Of a stretch of DNA of 49,294 nucleotides, positions 47,754 through 49,294 are shown piece after piece; positions within the stretch are counted from its first letter, which is position 1; each line of letters opens with the position of its first letter. Below the pieces are notes generated by a model. The model saw only the letters and a program-made list of their open reading frames with translations, had not been told where the DNA came from and ran no database searches. The translations under genes were made by a program, and so were the position numbers. The DNA comes from a bacterium (GTDB taxonomy: Bacteria > Arandabacterota > Arandabacteria > Arandabacterales > JALGWA01): contig JASFEA010000004.1 of assembly GCA_050125095.1 (NCBI GenBank), positions 1 to 49,294 of the forward strand, in the 5' to 3' direction.

Positions 47754-48788
47754 CTATCGATACAGTGCCTTGATTGTTCCCCATGTCGAGGACTCGGCGC
47801 CGCTGGCACCCGACACATCGATCATGATGTTGTCAACATACCAGGCGCCTCCGTAAATACCTTGATACCTCCAGGCGACGTAGAAGTGGTCGGCCATGGG
47901 TATGCCGTGGACTATGCTCACCCAGTCGCAGAAGGACTCGGTCAGGCAGTCCAGTGTCCACACGACCGTGAAGCTTGAAGGGTCCGTATCCGTGGTCGAT
48001 ACCAGGACTTCCATGGGATGCGTGCAGTACGACCACACCGACGTGTAGTGCTGGAACTGGATCTCGATGCAGTCCGCGCCGTCGGTGTAGATGATGGGTG
48101 TTACAAACCACTCGTCCTGGTACTCGGCTGACGCGCCCCAGTAGCAGCGTGCAGTGCCGACGCCGTTACACACATTGTAATCGGCCCACTCCCAGGTCTC
48201 GCCCCCCGTATCATCGCCCAGGTTGAGCGTAAGCCAGCCCGCGGGAGGGAAGCACTCTTCCCGCTCGAAGTCCTCCGCAAACGGCATGTAGTTCTGCTCC
48301 GGAGGGCATGGCCCCGGGCATGTGCAGGACACGCATGTCACTTCGAGAGTGAAGTTGTCTTCCGCCCCATTATAGCCGTCGACTACGATATAGTATGTCC
48401 CCGGCGCGAGGCAGCCGGTCGCGGCATATGTATTGCCGTAAGCCAGGCAGTTGTCCTCGTCGCATCCCTGCAGTATGAATACATCGAGGTCGGCCGTCAT
48501 CCCGCTTATGGTCGCTGTGATCTCGTAGCAGTCGGGATCGGTGACCACGAATTCATAGACGGCCTCGGGGCCCGCCTCGTTCCAGGTTACGCAGCTGTAG
48601 TAGTCGACGTTATTGACTCCGCCGATGTTGGAGCCGTTCACGATGTCCCCGCAGTTGATGGGGATCGCGTTGGTGCAGTCGAGCATCTGCTTGGTCTGTA
48701 TGGGGTGGATGTCGGCCTCCTTGCCAATGGATGGGCCGGCGGTCATAAGCAGCGAAAGCGCGGTAATCACAATCAACATATTCCTCAT
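47754..48788 (-). CDS. Secreted Cys-rich protein (PPC-like and cleaved-adhesin-like domains) with C-terminal TWGTIKALYR motif
   Basis: Signal peptide; GPEAVYEF, DLDVFIL, PGTYYIVVDG; FE..FPPAGW, DEWFVTP, WYVDNI; ends SSTWGTIKALYR. Confidence 0.8.
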   Translation of the reverse strand: MRNMLIVITALSLLMTAGPSIGKEADIHPIQTKQMLDCTNAIPINCGDIVNGSNIGGVNNVDYYSCVTWNEAGPEAVYEFVVTDPDCYEITATISGMTADLDVFILQGCDEDNCLAYGNTYAATGCLAPGTYYIVVDGYNGAEDNFTLEVTCVSCTCPGPCPPEQNYMPFAEDFEREECFPPAGWLTLNLGDDTGGETWEWADYNVCNGVGTARCYWGASAEYQDEWFVTPIIYTDGADCIEIQFQHYTSVWSYCTHPMEVLVSTTDTDPSSFTVVWTLDCLTESFCDWVSIVHGIPMADHFYVAWRYQGIYGGAWYVDNIMIDVSGASGAESSTWGTIKALYR

Positions 48789-48901
48789 ATCTGACTCCTT
48801 TCAGTAAGGTAGCCCATTTCTGTGGATATCCATCAAGTGGGAGACATCACCTCCTCTCGCAGCGTTACTATATTCCGCGCTATTCCCTGGATAGCGGGTG
48901 C

Positions 48902-48930
48902 ACTATAGCAGAAAATACGCATATATGCAA
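48902..48930 (-). promoter_or_regulatory. Putative sigma70 promoter
   Basis: Minus strand TTGCAT-17 bp-TATAGT with extended TG, upstream of ATG 48788. Confidence 0.55.
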
Positions 48931-49009
48931 GCAATATTGGGGGGCTGCTGCCCGGGCGCTATGAAGGGTATGAGGGGCGTGGATGGCCCGGCGGCGCCGG
49001 CGCGGGGAC

Positions 49010-49055
49010 TGTGTATTTCAAGACCTGACCCCTGTGTATTTCAAGACCTGACCCC
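49010..49055 (+). repeat. Perfect tandem duplication of 23-bp TGTGTATTTCAAGACCTGACCCC
   Basis: Identical copies at 49010-49032 and 49033-49055, followed by a small CCCCC/GGGGG hairpin. Confidence 0.92.
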
Positions 49056-49078
49056 GAACCCCCCGGGCTCCAGGGGGT

Positions 49079-49294
49079 CTATTCGATGAAAGGCAATTCG
49101 GCCGCGATCTGAAGGTCAATGAGCAGGTTGAGCGTATGCTCGAGCTGGAAGAACTTCACCACGGTCTTCGTGGGCAAGACCCTGTTCATCTTCCTGAAGT
49201 ACTTCTCCTCGATGGCTATCTGCCTCTTGTCTATTCCGAAGCGCTTCTTGAGGAGCTTCTCTGCGTCCTTCTCGGAGTGCTCTCCATAACCGGC
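49079..49294 (-). CDS. Alpha-helical hypothetical protein, 3' part (starts beyond right edge)
   Basis: Manual translation: AGYGEHSEKDAEKLLKKRFGIDKRQIAIEEKYFRKMNRVLPTKTVVKFFQLEHTLNLLIDLQIAAELPFIE*, open frame to TAG at 49081-49079. Confidence 0.75.
   Translation of the reverse strand, partial: AGYGEHSEKDAEKLLKKRFGIDKRQIAIEEKYFRKMNRVLPTKTVVKFFQLEHTLNLLIDLQIAAELPFIE

Overview
GC-rich, gene-dense bacterial chromosomal window. Secreted proteins with FlgD-Ig-like or 'TWGxIKxLY' C-termini suggest an FCB-related candidate lineage (inference only). From left to right: (1) 1-10.9 kb, a sulfate-activation locus with sat, cysC and an SLC13/DASS transporter plus USP, interleaved with four alkaline-phosphatase-superfamily (NPP/COG3379-like) paralogs, a thymidylate-kinase-like protein and a GT4 glycosyltransferase; no PAPS reductase or canonical sulfotransferase is present in the window. 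(2) 11-20.7 kb, an accessory block (secreted proteins, three SAM methyltransferases, HIT, rsgA, APC-EIIA fusion, GNAT) bracketed by inverted 23-bp GGGGTCAG repeats; two short leader peptides with alternative hairpins precede a methyltransferase and rsgA. (3) 20.8-39.9 kb, a tryptophanase-like gene overlapping a complete V/A-type ATPase operon, followed by USP, EIIA, MFS, system II cytochrome c maturation, VanZ, hisS, aspS and a polyferredoxin/HMA pair. (4) 40.2-49.3 kb, a ~2475-aa modular S8 protease, a convergent secreted protein and a partial gene. No rRNA, tRNA, CRISPR array or transposase was recognised. The best candidates for undescribed systems are the PAPS/AlkP glycan-sulfation module and the tandem leader-peptide attenuators controlling the methyltransferase and rsgA. 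All calls come from motif reading without database searches.
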